This document shows positions 10,039 to 20,704 of a DNA stretch of 64,000 bases, piece by piece. The position numbers and the translations under genes were made by a program. This DNA is from Candidatus Pacearchaeota archaeon. Its GTDB lineage: Archaea > Nanobdellota > Nanobdellia > Pacearchaeales > GW2011-AR1. The number at the start of each line of letters is the position of its first letter. The first letter of the stretch is position 1. The stretch lies in the NCBI GenBank assembly GCA_050124795.1, contig JASFEO010000002.1, positions 26,797 through 90,796 of the forward strand, read 5' to 3'. The notes beneath the pieces were generated by a model that was not told where the DNA came from, ran no database searches, and saw only the letters and a program-made list of their open reading frames with translations.

Positions 10039-10276
10039 AATGACATTTGATAATTGGGATGATGAAGAAATGAAAGACTTGCTTTATGAAGGGTGGCAGG
10101 TAGCGTGTTTTCCAGGAGGGGGTTTTGAATATTTGAATAGCCCTTCAGGGAAAAGATATAATTTTGAAGATATTAATGAACTGCAATCTAAAGTTTTTCG
10201 TCATGAACTTCCTTTGTCTCCTGAAGAATCATCTGCTTTAAAATTATATAATCTTTCTTCAAGAATGTATAGCTAA
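10028..10276 (+). CDS. hypothetical protein
   Basis: 82 aa; 8-nt gap to next ORF. Confidence 0.3.
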   Translation: MICKMTFDNWDDEEMKDLLYEGWQVACFPGGGFEYLNSPSGKRYNFEDINELQSKVFRHELPLSPEESSALKLYNLSSRMYS

Positions 10277-10283
10277 TTTTAAA

Positions 10284-10616
10284 ATGAAAAACATAGAAGA
10301 TTTAACAGAACAAGAAATTCTTGGAGAAATCATGAGTCTTGAAGAACAAGGTTTTCAGTTTTTTGTTGATTCTCATTCTGATAAAGAAACTCCTTTTTAT
10401 GTTCCTGACAGAGTAAAACTTCCAGATGGAAAAATTCTTGAAGAAAAAGAATTGCGTTCTGAATTAAAAAAAGATCCTTACAATAAGAATTTTCAAAATG
10501 GATTATATTTATTTGATTTATGTTTTTCAGAACAATATGGCGATGATAGATTTACTCATTATAGTTTTGATGGAGATGAAGATGTTGAAAATTGCCGTTG
10601 GAAATATGAAAAGTAA
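10284..10616 (+). CDS. hypothetical protein immediately upstream of RT
   Basis: 110 aa; 8-nt gap to RT N-terminal ORF. Confidence 0.35.
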   Translation: MKNIEDLTEQEILGEIMSLEEQGFQFFVDSHSDKETPFYVPDRVKLPDGKILEEKELRSELKKDPYNKNFQNGLYLFDLCFSEQYGDDRFTHYSFDGDEDVENCRWKYEK

Positions 10617-10624
10617 TTTTTAAA

Positions 10625-11892
<1,268 letters not shown>

Positions 11893-11932
11893 AGTGATTC
11901 ATATAAATTAAAAGGTAAATTGTTTAGGGCTA

Positions 11933-12913
11933 TTAACGTTCTCTAATCTTCAACTCCTTCTTGTTTTTACCAAGAACAATAACTCGTGAAACTTTTTGTT
12001 CACCTAAAATTTTATAACCAGTTCCTTTTAGTTCCTTAATTAATTCTCTACTAAATTTTTTTATCTCTTCATGAGTTGGCATTCTGTCATACCCTAGTCT
12101 TTCACGAGCAAAACCCACTGACATATATCCTTTAACCTCAATAAACTGTGGAGAAGATTTTTTAATTAACTTAGCATATCCTTCAATATCATCCATGTTA
12201 ATTCCGCGAATCAAATTAATTCTAAAAACAGTTCTGCAATTTAACTTAGGTAAAATTTCCAAGGTTTTATTTAATTTCTTCCATGCATCTTTTTCAATAC
12301 TTCTATGAAACTTTTTATAATCTTTTTCATTTGTTGAATTAACACTTACATAAAGTTGTGTCGGCAATTGATTTTTATTTTTTAACTCTTTTATTTTCTC
12401 AGGATAAAGCCCATTAGTTACTAAAAAAGAAGTTTTTTTCCTACGACGAAGTTCACTAATTAATTCTCCTAACATTGGATAAAGACTTGGTTCCCCAGAA
12501 AGTGAAATTGCAAACTGCATGGGCTCCTGCGATTCAAAATATTTTTTTTGATTTGCTTTTGATAATTGCTTTTTCTTGCTTTTCGGATCCTGCTTAAACC
12601 CTTGAAGTAATTTCCTTTGCGCATTTATACATCCGTCAATAATTTCAGATGGTGAATTAATTTTCCCTGGAATCTTTTTATCCTTAGTAAACTCAATTGC
12701 ACGCCAACAATGAACACACGAATTCGGGCAAAATAGCGACGGAGTCATTTGACAGCATAAATGACTTTTAATTCCATAAAACTTTTCCTTATAACAAACA
12801 CCTTCATTACGAAGAGACTTTTTTGTCCAACGACAAACCTGCACCGCAGAATGCTCTCCAACAATTTCATAATGCTGTTTTTTTAATAATTGCTTTACTT
12901 TATTTGATAACAT
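11933..12913 (-). CDS. taw1: tRNA 4-demethylwyosine synthase (radical SAM, TYW1/Taw1)
   Basis: 326 aa; CPNSCVHCW Cx3Cx2C radical-SAM motif plus N-terminal Cys; overall TYW1-like. Confidence 0.7.
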   Translation of the reverse strand: MLSNKVKQLLKKQHYEIVGEHSAVQVCRWTKKSLRNEGVCYKEKFYGIKSHLCCQMTPSLFCPNSCVHCWRAIEFTKDKKIPGKINSPSEIIDGCINAQRKLLQGFKQDPKSKKKQLSKANQKKYFESQEPMQFAISLSGEPSLYPMLGELISELRRRKKTSFLVTNGLYPEKIKELKNKNQLPTQLYVSVNSTNEKDYKKFHRSIEKDAWKKLNKTLEILPKLNCRTVFRINLIRGINMDDIEGYAKLIKKSSPQFIEVKGYMSVGFARERLGYDRMPTHEEIKKFSRELIKELKGTGYKILGEQKVSRVIVLGKNKKELKIRER

Positions 12914-13212
12914 AAAAAAATAAAAAATAATCAGAATTTAAATTTTTTGCGAAAGTAGAAATTAAACCTATTCAATAGAATCACTTCTTCTTTTTCTTAG
13001 TGGTTTTTTTCTTTGCGGGCTTTTTTGCAGGTTTTGCTTTTTTCTTTGCAGCCATTTTTTTAAGAGGTTCAAGAAAACTTTTAAAAACTTTCTCTTGCCT
13101 TTTTCCTCCTTTTAATTGCATTACTTACTATTCAATTCCTTAAATACTTTTCTTTTTAGAAATTTTATTCTGTTTTATCGAATATAAAATCTTAATTATC
13201 GACGTTAAAAGT

Positions 13213-14634
13213 CTATAAAAAACTAACAACCCAAAAGATCATTAAAACAAAAAGTATAAACAGGAAAAAATAAGTTGAAAACCTAAACCACCTCTCAGCT
13301 GTTTTTTCTTTTTTTGTTAAACTCAAAATTGTCAAATAGAAAAATCTGCCGCCGTCGAAAATTCCAACAGGAAGCATGTTAATCAAGGCAACACTAATGC
13401 TGATTAAAACAACCCACCAAAGAAGATTATAAATAAATTCACTGGCTCCAAAACTTGGTTCATAATTTGTATAAGGCTCTTTAAACGAAGAAACCCTATC
13501 AACTAATTTGCCCATGACTCCTGTTCTTGTCCTGTCTGAAAAACCAATCCCAATATATGCTGCACCCTCCTTATCTGGGTTCTCTGCCAAAATTATCTCA
13601 TAAACCCCTTCAGTAGTTTCAACTTCAACTTCATCCCCCGGAGAATATTTCACAAGTTCATTTGTTAAATCCTCAAGACTATTAACTTTCTTATTATTAA
13701 TTCCAGTAATTGCCCCTTTAATTTCCGCATTCACTGCCGGCGCATCATCAAACAAAATCAACTCTCCCTGCGCATCAAACAATTCCTTGTTTGCAGAATT
13801 GTTCAGCAAATCCATTGTAACTAAATAAGTTCCGCCTGTTGTCATAATTTTTGTAAGCCCGTCATTGTTTGCTAAATTCAAAACATCTGCATAACTTGGA
13901 TTACTAACTAAGACAGAATTAATAGACAAGATGCCTGAAACATCAACTGCAGAATACTGATAACTGTCAAACATAACTCCATGGGGGGTAAATGCAAAAG
14001 AGAAAAATCCAATTAAGATTATAAAAAATAAAATTGCAGTTATCACATTTGCAAAAGTTCCTGCAGATAAAACCGCCATTTGTTCAAAATTCTTTTTTTT
14101 CACCATGCTCTTTTCATCCTGCTCAACAAATGCTGCTAAAAATATCGGAAAGAAAAAAGGAAAAAATCCAAAACCAGTTGACTTTATCTTTATGTTATAT
14201 CTTTTCATTAAAATTCCATGCGCAAATTCATGAGTAATTGCAATTATAGCGAGGATAACAATCCAGTAAGTAAAATAAAAACTTGGTAGCCCCGGAACAA
14301 CCTTGTCAATATAAGGAACAAGAGGAGTTATCGGCGGAACTTTTAAAGTCCTTACAACATCAGGACGAAAAACATAAATTTTCAAAATTGAATAAGCTAA
14401 ATAAAACATCCCAATCATTAACAAGTATCCAGTTCCAATTGAAACATAACTCAAAAATTTCAGACTTCGTTTATATTTACTTCCCACATAATCAATTAAC
14501 TTCATTCCAAGTTTTGTTCTGTATAAATATAATAGACCTTCTCGCTTGAGATTCTTTCGATGAGTATAAAGAAAAATTCCAACAAACAACACAAATGCTG
14601 TAAGGAAAATCAAATCATAAACTACAAATGCCAT
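13213..14634 (-). CDS. site-2 protease family (M50) membrane metalloprotease
   Basis: 473 aa polytopic; HEFAHG HExxH; NMLPVGIFDGG LDG motif. Confidence 0.7.
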   Translation of the reverse strand: MAFVVYDLIFLTAFVLFVGIFLYTHRKNLKREGLLYLYRTKLGMKLIDYVGSKYKRSLKFLSYVSIGTGYLLMIGMFYLAYSILKIYVFRPDVVRTLKVPPITPLVPYIDKVVPGLPSFYFTYWIVILAIIAITHEFAHGILMKRYNIKIKSTGFGFFPFFFPIFLAAFVEQDEKSMVKKKNFEQMAVLSAGTFANVITAILFFIILIGFFSFAFTPHGVMFDSYQYSAVDVSGILSINSVLVSNPSYADVLNLANNDGLTKIMTTGGTYLVTMDLLNNSANKELFDAQGELILFDDAPAVNAEIKGAITGINNKKVNSLEDLTNELVKYSPGDEVEVETTEGVYEIILAENPDKEGAAYIGIGFSDRTRTGVMGKLVDRVSSFKEPYTNYEPSFGASEFIYNLLWWVVLISISVALINMLPVGIFDGGRFFYLTILSLTKKEKTAERWFRFSTYFFLFILFVLMIFWVVSFL

Positions 14635-14680
14635 TTTATCACCTAAACTCTAACGAGAAGTTTATTTTTAAAAGTATCAG

Positions 14681-14842
14681 TTATTTTTTCTTTAAAGGTC
14701 GAAAAGCACTGCTCTTGCACTTTCTGCATTTTACTTTTCCTTTGAGAATCTTCTGAGGATCTGCTCTCATTTTAGCTTTGCATTTTTTGCAAACAAAAAC
14801 ATTCTTAAACATCCGATCTTGAGCTTCTGCAATCTTTGCCAT
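14681..14842 (-). CDS. rpl40e: 50S ribosomal protein L40e
   Basis: 53 aa not in ORF track; MAKIAEAQDRMFKNVFVCKKCKAKMRADPQKILKGKVKCRKCKSSAFRPLKKK; C4 zinc ribbon and basic composition typical of L40e. Confidence 0.55.
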   Translation of the reverse strand: MAKIAEAQDRMFKNVFVCKKCKAKMRADPQKILKGKVKCRKCKSSAFRPLKKK

Positions 14843-14881
14843 AATTAAATTATGAGAATAAGGCTTTTAAAACTTTTTTAT

Positions 14882-15343
14882 TCATACTTTTTGATATTCT
14901 CTGTGGTTTAATATCTCTTTTGCAGTTGGGTAATGATTCCGGATTCTTTCAACTAAAGAAACAAATTTTTCTTTTGGTTTGATAATTTTATTTATAAAAT
15001 TAGCCCCAACATAATAAAAAAAAGTATCCCCATTTTTCATACAAGAAATCAATTCTGAGTCATTTGTTTTTTCCCACTTTTTAAAAGAAGCTGAAACTCT
15101 AGATTTATCCAAATAAGTATTTAAAACATCTTCACACCAAGTAAAACTAGTCTTTGATAAACAAAACTGAGATGAAGTAACCATAGCAACTCCTTCAAGT
15201 AATGTTAAATAAATCAGTTCTGCTTTGTTTCCTTTTCTTTTTGCATATTTATCTGCAGATATTATTTTATTAAATCCAAGATGATTCAATTCATGAGGGA
15301 ACACCCATCCTTTTAGAAGATCTCTCTTTTCAAGAGCCAACAA
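14882..15343 (-). CDS. HExxH zinc-peptidase-like protein (ImmA/IrrE-like?), possibly frameshifted with 15313-15498
   Basis: FPHELNHLGF HExxH motif; 31-nt overlap with upstream ORF in another frame. Confidence 0.3.
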   Translation of the reverse strand: MLALEKRDLLKGWVFPHELNHLGFNKIISADKYAKRKGNKAELIYLTLLEGVAMVTSSQFCLSKTSFTWCEDVLNTYLDKSRVSASFKKWEKTNDSELISCMKNGDTFFYYVGANFINKIIKPKEKFVSLVERIRNHYPTAKEILNHREYQKV

Positions 15344-15498
15344 TGGTTTTGTAAAAAATCAGGATGTGAGGAATCAATAAAACTTCCATCTGGTTTGTAT
15401 AATTTTTTATCAAAAATAGTAATCTTCTCAGTTGCAGTTTCATCTAAGTCATTGTTATTTAGGGAATAATCTAAATCATCTTTATAAAATATCGCCAT
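15313..15498 (-). CDS. hypothetical (possible N-terminal fragment of 14882-15343)
   Basis: 61 aa overlapping ORF. Confidence 0.2.
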   Translation of the reverse strand: MAIFYKDDLDYSLNNNDLDETATEKITIFDKKLYKPDGSFIDSSHPDFLQNHCWLLKREIF

Positions 15499-15635
15499 CG
15501 AATAATTTAATCTCCTTGAATCTAAAAATAAAAATCACTTAAATCAACCCATCCCAACTTATCATACTTATTAATTACACTATTTAAAGATTCTAAACAA
15601 TCCTCATTTGTGATTTCCATTTTAATAAATAAATT

Positions 15636-16025
15636 TTACAACTTTCTCTTAACAATCCTCTCGCCTTCAATATCCCAATATTCAACATTTGAATTTTCTT
15701 CCAAAGTTGATTTGATCTCTACATCACATGGAACATCAATTGTCTCAAAGTTTTCCAAATCCATTACACTTATTGTTGAGTCTCCAATTGATAGCACCTG
15801 CGCTTTTCTTTTGTCAACATTTGGCACTTCTAATCTATCATGGCCCGGGATAACAAAAACTTTTTTATTTCCATCAATTATTCCAACAGCTTCAATCCTT
15901 GCCTTTGCATGACCATGTTTTCCTGTTTTAGAAATATCAATCTTTTTTACAACACAGGGCTTGCCATCAACTAAAATATTTGTTCCAACCCTTGCCTCTG
16001 TTGCATTAATAATTTTCAACACCAT
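15636..16025 (-). CDS. eif5a: translation initiation factor 5A
   Basis: 129 aa; SKTGKHGHAK hypusine loop. Confidence 0.85.
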   Translation of the reverse strand: MVLKIINATEARVGTNILVDGKPCVVKKIDISKTGKHGHAKARIEAVGIIDGNKKVFVIPGHDRLEVPNVDKRKAQVLSIGDSTISVMDLENFETIDVPCDVEIKSTLEENSNVEYWDIEGERIVKRKL

Positions 16026-16132
16026 AAAAAAATCAAGAAAATTTAGTTTATAAAATTTTAGGAAGTTTTTGATAAATAAAAAACTTTTTTTCAGAAAAAT
16101 TTAAATACTACTTATTACTACTTAATACTACA

Positions 16133-16360
16133 ATGGAAAATATCAGTCTTAAACTTGAACCGAAATTTTTAATTGCAATAAATAAGGTAATGAAGAAACA
16201 CCACTATATGACCAAGGCGGAGTTCATCAGAGAGGCTCTTAGAGATAAGATAAAAATACTGGAAGAAAAGGAAATCCTAAATGATAAAGAACTAATGTCC
16301 CAGATTAAAGCAAGCGAAAAAAATATTAAGAAGGGAAAATTAAAGGAATTTGAATATTAG
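16133..16360 (+). CDS. ribbon-helix-helix (CopG-like) DNA-binding protein
   Basis: 75 aa; MTKAEFIREALRDKI RHH pattern; directly upstream of DGR target gene. Confidence 0.45.
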   Translation: MENISLKLEPKFLIAINKVMKKHHYMTKAEFIREALRDKIKILEEKEILNDKELMSQIKASEKNIKKGKLKEFEY

Positions 16361-16369
16361 TAAATTATT

Positions 16370-16388
16370 TTCGCGCCAAAGGCGCGAA
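16370..16388 (+). terminator. GC-rich hairpin followed by T-run
   Basis: ttcgcgcc-aaa-ggcgcgaa 8-bp stem then aataaaaacattttt, 10 nt after RHH gene stop. Confidence 0.4.
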
Positions 16389-16465
16389 TAAAAACATTTT
16401 TAATAACTATTTTAAAAAAGTAACAAAACAAAAGATTTAAATAATTTGATTTTTCTGTAAATTTT

Positions 16466-17119
16466 ATGAAAACAAACAAACCTCTTGTTAAGCGAGTTGA
16501 ACTTGTGACAATTGAAGGTCATGATGAAATATCTGATGTCCTATATAGAGAAGAAAATGCAACTTACAGACTATATGACAATTTAACTAAACCAATGACT
16601 TTGCCTGAACTCTCAAAATATTCTGCAAAAGAAAAAGAAAAAGGAAATCCTTATGTTCCTAATTCTGAAGAATTGTGGAGTGTCTTTACTGCAATTGCAA
16701 ATTCAGAAAACCCTGAACTTATTTCAAGAGTTAGAGATGAATTAAGAGGCAAATGGATAAGAACATTAACTGCAATTGACTGGTATTCAAATAGAAATTC
16801 AAGAGTTATTCATAATGTCAAAACTCCAGATGCTTATTTTAAACAAAGAAAAGTACTCGGTGAAGATGGGTTTATCCATCAAGTTAAATCTAAAAAACTT
16901 CTTGAAAATGTTCTTGGAACAAATAATGTGAAGAAGATCAATAGTGTTTCTCAAAAAATAAATCAAACTCCAATGTATCAATGGAGAATAAATTCTAAAC
17001 CTGATAAAAAACTTAGAACAAGTGTGGAGCTCTACGCGGGTTCCGGCAGGTTGTTCCTGGATTGCGGCGGGGATCCCTTGGATGAGTGTCCTGCTTTCCG
17101 GGTATTAAGAGTTGATTAA
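16466..17119 (+). CDS. DGR target protein with C-terminal variable region
   Basis: 217 aa; no signal peptide; last 29 codons form the VR; C-terminus ...LDECPAFRVLRVD resembles the C-type-lectin-fold VR endings of DGR targets. Confidence 0.75.
   Translation: MKTNKPLVKRVELVTIEGHDEISDVLYREENATYRLYDNLTKPMTLPELSKYSAKEKEKGNPYVPNSEELWSVFTAIANSENPELISRVRDELRGKWIRTLTAIDWYSNRNSRVIHNVKTPDAYFKQRKVLGEDGFIHQVKSKKLLENVLGTNNVKKINSVSQKINQTPMYQWRINSKPDKKLRTSVELYAGSGRLFLDCGGDPLDECPAFRVLRVD
17018..17104 (+). repeat. DGR variable repeat (VR)
   Basis: 87 nt, 71/87 identical to TR; all 16 mismatches lie opposite TR adenines. Confidence 0.85.
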
Positions 17120-17431
17120 GTCTGACTGCATTGCTCGCTAGACATTGTTGAACCTAACTCTTTATTTTGTCGCGAAGCGCGAAAAATTTTTAAGAGACGC
17201 TTTCTTAATCTTTTTGCCCAGAAGAGTTTTTTCGTTTGAGAAGCGAGAGAACTTAATGGACTACACGCCGGTTAATCAGCGCATTATTAAGGTTTATTTT
17301 AAGCCATGAAATTCAACAGCGACAATTAGTAGCAATAAAAGTGAAAATCTGAAGTTGTGGTGCTTCCCTTGAAATCTCTTCATGGATTTCATTTGCCAGA
17401 AGATCTCTTTTAGAGAAGATTAATTGGCTAT

Positions 17432-17518
17432 AAAAGTGTGGAGCTCAACGCGAATTCCGACAGGTTGAACCTGAATTGCAACAGGAATCCCTTGAATGAG
17501 TATCCTGCTTTCCGAATA
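17432..17518 (+). repeat. DGR template repeat (TR), noncoding
   Basis: 87 nt with 28 A; in VR frame reads AAC/AAT at the diversified codons; lies in an intergenic region 327 nt after VR and 73 nt before the FKBP gene. Confidence 0.85.
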
Positions 17519-17591
17519 GTTTACTGGGCATTTTTTAATCTGCGCAGCATATTATCGAAGGATTTTTAAGCATAATTTTTCTAAAAATTCT

Positions 17592-18257
17592 ATGAAACTA
17601 AACAAAGGCGACTTTATTGAAATAAAATTCACAGGAAAAATTAAAGACACAGATGAAATCTTTGATTCAAATGTTGAAGAAGATATAAAAAAATCAGGAC
17701 TAAATTTAAAATCAGAACCTTTTATTTTTGCTTTAGGTGAAGACATGTTCTTAAAAGGAGTTGATGAGTTTTTAATTGATAAAGACTTAGGAGAATATTC
17801 TGTAGAACTCTCTCCTGAAAAAGCATTTGGAAAAAGAGATTCAAAATTAATCAACATGGTTCCTTCAAAAGTTTTCAAAGAGCAAAAACTAAACCCTTTC
17901 CCTGGCGCAGTCTTTAACTTCGACGGACGAATGGCAAAAGTCCTGTCTGTTTCAGGCGGAAGAGTCATGGTTGACTTCAACAATCCAATAGCAGGAAAAG
18001 TTGTAAAATATAATTTAAAAGTTCTAAGAAAAATTGAAGACATAAATGAAAAAATAAAATCACTAAATAATTTCTTTTTTAGAAAAGACTTTAAGTTTGA
18101 AACAAAAGACAAAAAATTAATTATCAATGCTGACAAGCCATATATCAAATTCATTGAAATGTTTAAAGATAAATATAAAGAAATTCTCAATTTAGATTTA
18201 GAAGTTAGGGAAGTTGAAATTAAGCAGGAAACAAAATCTGAAACCCAATCACAATAA
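17592..18257 (+). CDS. FKBP-type peptidyl-prolyl cis-trans isomerase (long archaeal SlyD-like)
   Basis: 221 aa; FKBP core with IF insert, NPIAGK motif. Confidence 0.75.
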   Translation: MKLNKGDFIEIKFTGKIKDTDEIFDSNVEEDIKKSGLNLKSEPFIFALGEDMFLKGVDEFLIDKDLGEYSVELSPEKAFGKRDSKLINMVPSKVFKEQKLNPFPGAVFNFDGRMAKVLSVSGGRVMVDFNNPIAGKVVKYNLKVLRKIEDINEKIKSLNNFFFRKDFKFETKDKKLIINADKPYIKFIEMFKDKYKEILNLDLEVREVEIKQETKSETQSQ

Positions 18258-18356
18258 TTCTTTTTACATAATAAAAGAATATCCCCGATTCTCACAAAAT
18301 AAATCATTGCGAAGCACTGCAATAATCCTTATAAACAATATAATTTTTAATTCTTC

Positions 18357-19460
18357 ATGGAAGAGATTTACCAAAGAGAGGAAAGTTTTATTTCTGCTCA
18401 ATCATCTGAATTAAAAGATATTGATAGGGAACTTGCAGAGTTATTAAAAAAGCAAACAGCAAAAATAAAAGTTATTGGCTGCGGAGGCGGAGGAGGAAAT
18501 TCACTCTCGCGAATGAGAGAAATTGGAATTAAAGGAGGAGAATTAATTGCAATTAATACAGATGCTCAGGATTTACTTTATGCAAATGCAGACCAGAAAA
18601 TTTTAATTGGAAAAGAATTAACTCAGGGATTAGGTGCAGGAAGCAATCCAAAAATCGGGCAAGAAGCTGCAAAAGAGTCTGAGTCAGAAATAAAAAAGAA
18701 AATTGCAAATTCAGATATGATTTTCATAACCTGCGGATTTGGAGGAGGAACCGGAACTGGTTCTGCACCGGAAGTCGCAAAACTCGCAAAAAAACAAGGA
18801 GCACTAACTATTGGCGTCGTGACTTTGCCGTTCACAATTGAAGGAAGAAAAAGAATTGAAAATGCAATGGACGGACTCGAAAGAATGGAATCAGTTGTTG
18901 ACACCTTAATTGTAATTCCAAATGATAAACTTCTGGAACTAGCGCCAGACTTGCCCTTGCACACAGCTTTTAAAATTGCCGACGAAATTCTAACAAACGC
19001 AGTAAAAGGAATAACTGAACTTGTAACAACTTCTGGTTTAGTGAATTTGGATTTTGCAGATGTAAAAGCAGTAATGGTTGGCGGAGGAGTTTCATTAATC
19101 GGAATGGGTGAATCAGATACAGAACAAAGAGCAATTGACGCAGTTGAAAAAGCAATACAAAATCCCTTGCTTGACGTCGACATTTCAAACGCAACTGGTT
19201 CATTAGTAAATATAATCGGCGGACCAAACATGAGTTTAGATGAATGCAAAGCAATAATCGAGCACATCGGTGAAAGGCTTTCTCCAGATGCAAAATTAAT
19301 CTGGGGAGCGCAAATCGCAGAAGACATGGAAAAGTCAATCAGAGTTTTATTAATTGTAACCGGTGTGAAATCCTCGCAAATTTTAGGTCACGGAGAATCA
19401 ATTGACAACATAAAACACAAAGAAATCGAAGAAGAATTGGGAATAGAGTTTTATGAATAA
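18357..19460 (+). CDS. ftsZ: cell division GTPase FtsZ
   Basis: 367 aa; GCGGGGGNS tubulin signature. Confidence 0.9.
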   Translation: MEEIYQREESFISAQSSELKDIDRELAELLKKQTAKIKVIGCGGGGGNSLSRMREIGIKGGELIAINTDAQDLLYANADQKILIGKELTQGLGAGSNPKIGQEAAKESESEIKKKIANSDMIFITCGFGGGTGTGSAPEVAKLAKKQGALTIGVVTLPFTIEGRKRIENAMDGLERMESVVDTLIVIPNDKLLELAPDLPLHTAFKIADEILTNAVKGITELVTTSGLVNLDFADVKAVMVGGGVSLIGMGESDTEQRAIDAVEKAIQNPLLDVDISNATGSLVNIIGGPNMSLDECKAIIEHIGERLSPDAKLIWGAQIAEDMEKSIRVLLIVTGVKSSQILGHGESIDNIKHKEIEEELGIEFYE

Positions 19461-19797
19461 AATGACAAAAGAAATTAAGGGACAAAAAGAATTTAATGAA
19501 TACTTAGAAAGAATACCTACAAAAGACAATCCTTTTGAATGTCCTAATTTGAGAGTTTTGCCTGAAGATATTAATTTCAGAGACAATATAATCTGCAGTC
19601 ATGATTATTCAGAAGGAACTTTAATTTGTAAAAATTCATCTGAATTGGATGGTCATGCAATGTTAGACCATTATTGTGGAGTTTTTGGAAGAGTTTATAC
19701 TAGAAACGGAAAAATATTTGTTGGATATAATTCTCATAAAAGAAAAACTCTTGAAATAGAAATTAAAATATTAAATTTAGCTAATGGTAAAAAATAA
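19453..19797 (+). CDS. hypothetical Cys-rich protein
   Basis: 114 aa; overlaps ftsZ stop. Confidence 0.3.
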   Translation: MNKMTKEIKGQKEFNEYLERIPTKDNPFECPNLRVLPEDINFRDNIICSHDYSEGTLICKNSSELDGHAMLDHYCGVFGRVYTRNGKIFVGYNSHKRKTLEIEIKILNLANGKK

Positions 19798-20011
19798 TTA
19801 CGGATTTAGTACAAGTAAATCAAGATACAGAAATAGAGGAGATAATGGAAGCAGTAAAAATCGCGACCCAACGCAAAAAGTTTATGAAATAATTAATGAA
19901 ATTACTTCTCCTAAAAATCCAAAAGACCTTTTATTTGGATTTGGGCATAAAGTAATTAATGGAAATTCTCTCGAAGGAATTACAACTGCAACAACTTCAG
20001 AGAAAAAATAG
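19784..20011 (+). CDS. hypothetical protein
   Basis: 75 aa. Confidence 0.2.
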   Translation: MVKNNYGFSTSKSRYRNRGDNGSSKNRDPTQKVYEIINEITSPKNPKDLLFGFGHKVINGNSLEGITTATTSEKK

Positions 20012-20052
20012 AGAATACAAATTTTTAAAAATAGCTTTTTTCTTCAAAAATT

Positions 20053-20370
20053 ATGCAGGTAAAAGGAAAATATTTTTTAGAACAGGTTTCTGAAAGCGAA
20101 GCAGAACATTTGAAAAAACAATTTTCAAGAAAAAAGAAAACCCCTATTTCAAGGGGAGGGGACGTCGATTTAACGAAATTCATTTTAGGATACAGCCCTT
20201 CTTCAGAAGTTTTTGAAGTTTTTCAGAGGAATGGAGACAAACAAAGACATAGAATAATCACAGAATCTTCTCTCGAGGCTGATTTAATACAAAAAGTTCT
20301 TATTGATCTACTTAATGAATGTAGGGAATCTCACGCAGATCAAGATTATGTTAAGAATTATATTTTTTAA
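20053..20370 (+). CDS. hypothetical protein
   Basis: 105 aa. Confidence 0.3.
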   Translation: MQVKGKYFLEQVSESEAEHLKKQFSRKKKTPISRGGDVDLTKFILGYSPSSEVFEVFQRNGDKQRHRIITESSLEADLIQKVLIDLLNECRESHADQDYVKNYIF

Positions 20371-20415
20371 ACTCAAAATCAAATATTTTAAAAACTCCGA
20401 ATTTCTTTATTTATC

Positions 20416-20595
20416 ATGGCAAAATTATTAACCCAAACAAAATCATTTTTTCTAAAATGCAAACGTGTTTGGCATATCATGAAAAAACCCTCGAAAAAAG
20501 AATACACAACAATCGCCAAAGTCTCTGCAATCGGCATCGGAGTTTTAGGAATCCTGGGTTTTGCAATCTCAATCATCATGAATGTTTTCAAATAA
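20416..20595 (+). CDS. secE: protein translocase subunit SecE (Sec61 gamma)
   Basis: 59 aa below ORF-track cutoff; MKKPSKKEYTTIAKVSAIGIGVLGILGFAISIIMNVFK single TM; precedes spt5 as in archaeal secE-nusG-rpl11. Confidence 0.6.
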   Translation: MAKLLTQTKSFFLKCKRVWHIMKKPSKKEYTTIAKVSAIGIGVLGILGFAISIIMNVFK

Positions 20596-20704
20596 AAAGT
20601 TTTATAAACCTAAAATTTTAACTAATTACATCTTTCTAAGATTGTTTAAGTCTTAGACGGAGCTAAAGAAAAAATAAATAAAGAATGAAACATTCCAAAC
20701 TAAG

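Noticed and set aside
10040-10200. Possible second VR in ORF 10028-10276 (gggtggcaggtagcgtgttttccaggagggggttttgaata)
   Set aside because: Alignment to the TR needs T to G and C to G changes and gaps, so it is not an adenine-only pattern.
12984-13121. 46-aa minus-strand ORF MQLKGGKRQEKVFKSFLEPLKKMAAKKKAKPAKKPAKKKTTKKKKK
   Set aside because: Could be a small basic DNA- or RNA-binding protein, but it is very short and low-complexity with no recognisable family. Not annotated.
17552-18322. 256-aa minus-strand ORF
   Set aside because: Fully antisense to the well-supported FKBP gene (17592-18257). It is low-complexity S/F/L/K-rich translation typical of AT-rich antisense frames.
18623-19338. 234-aa and 122-aa minus-strand ORFs
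   Set aside because: Antisense to ftsZ, with no motifs. ftsZ is unambiguous.
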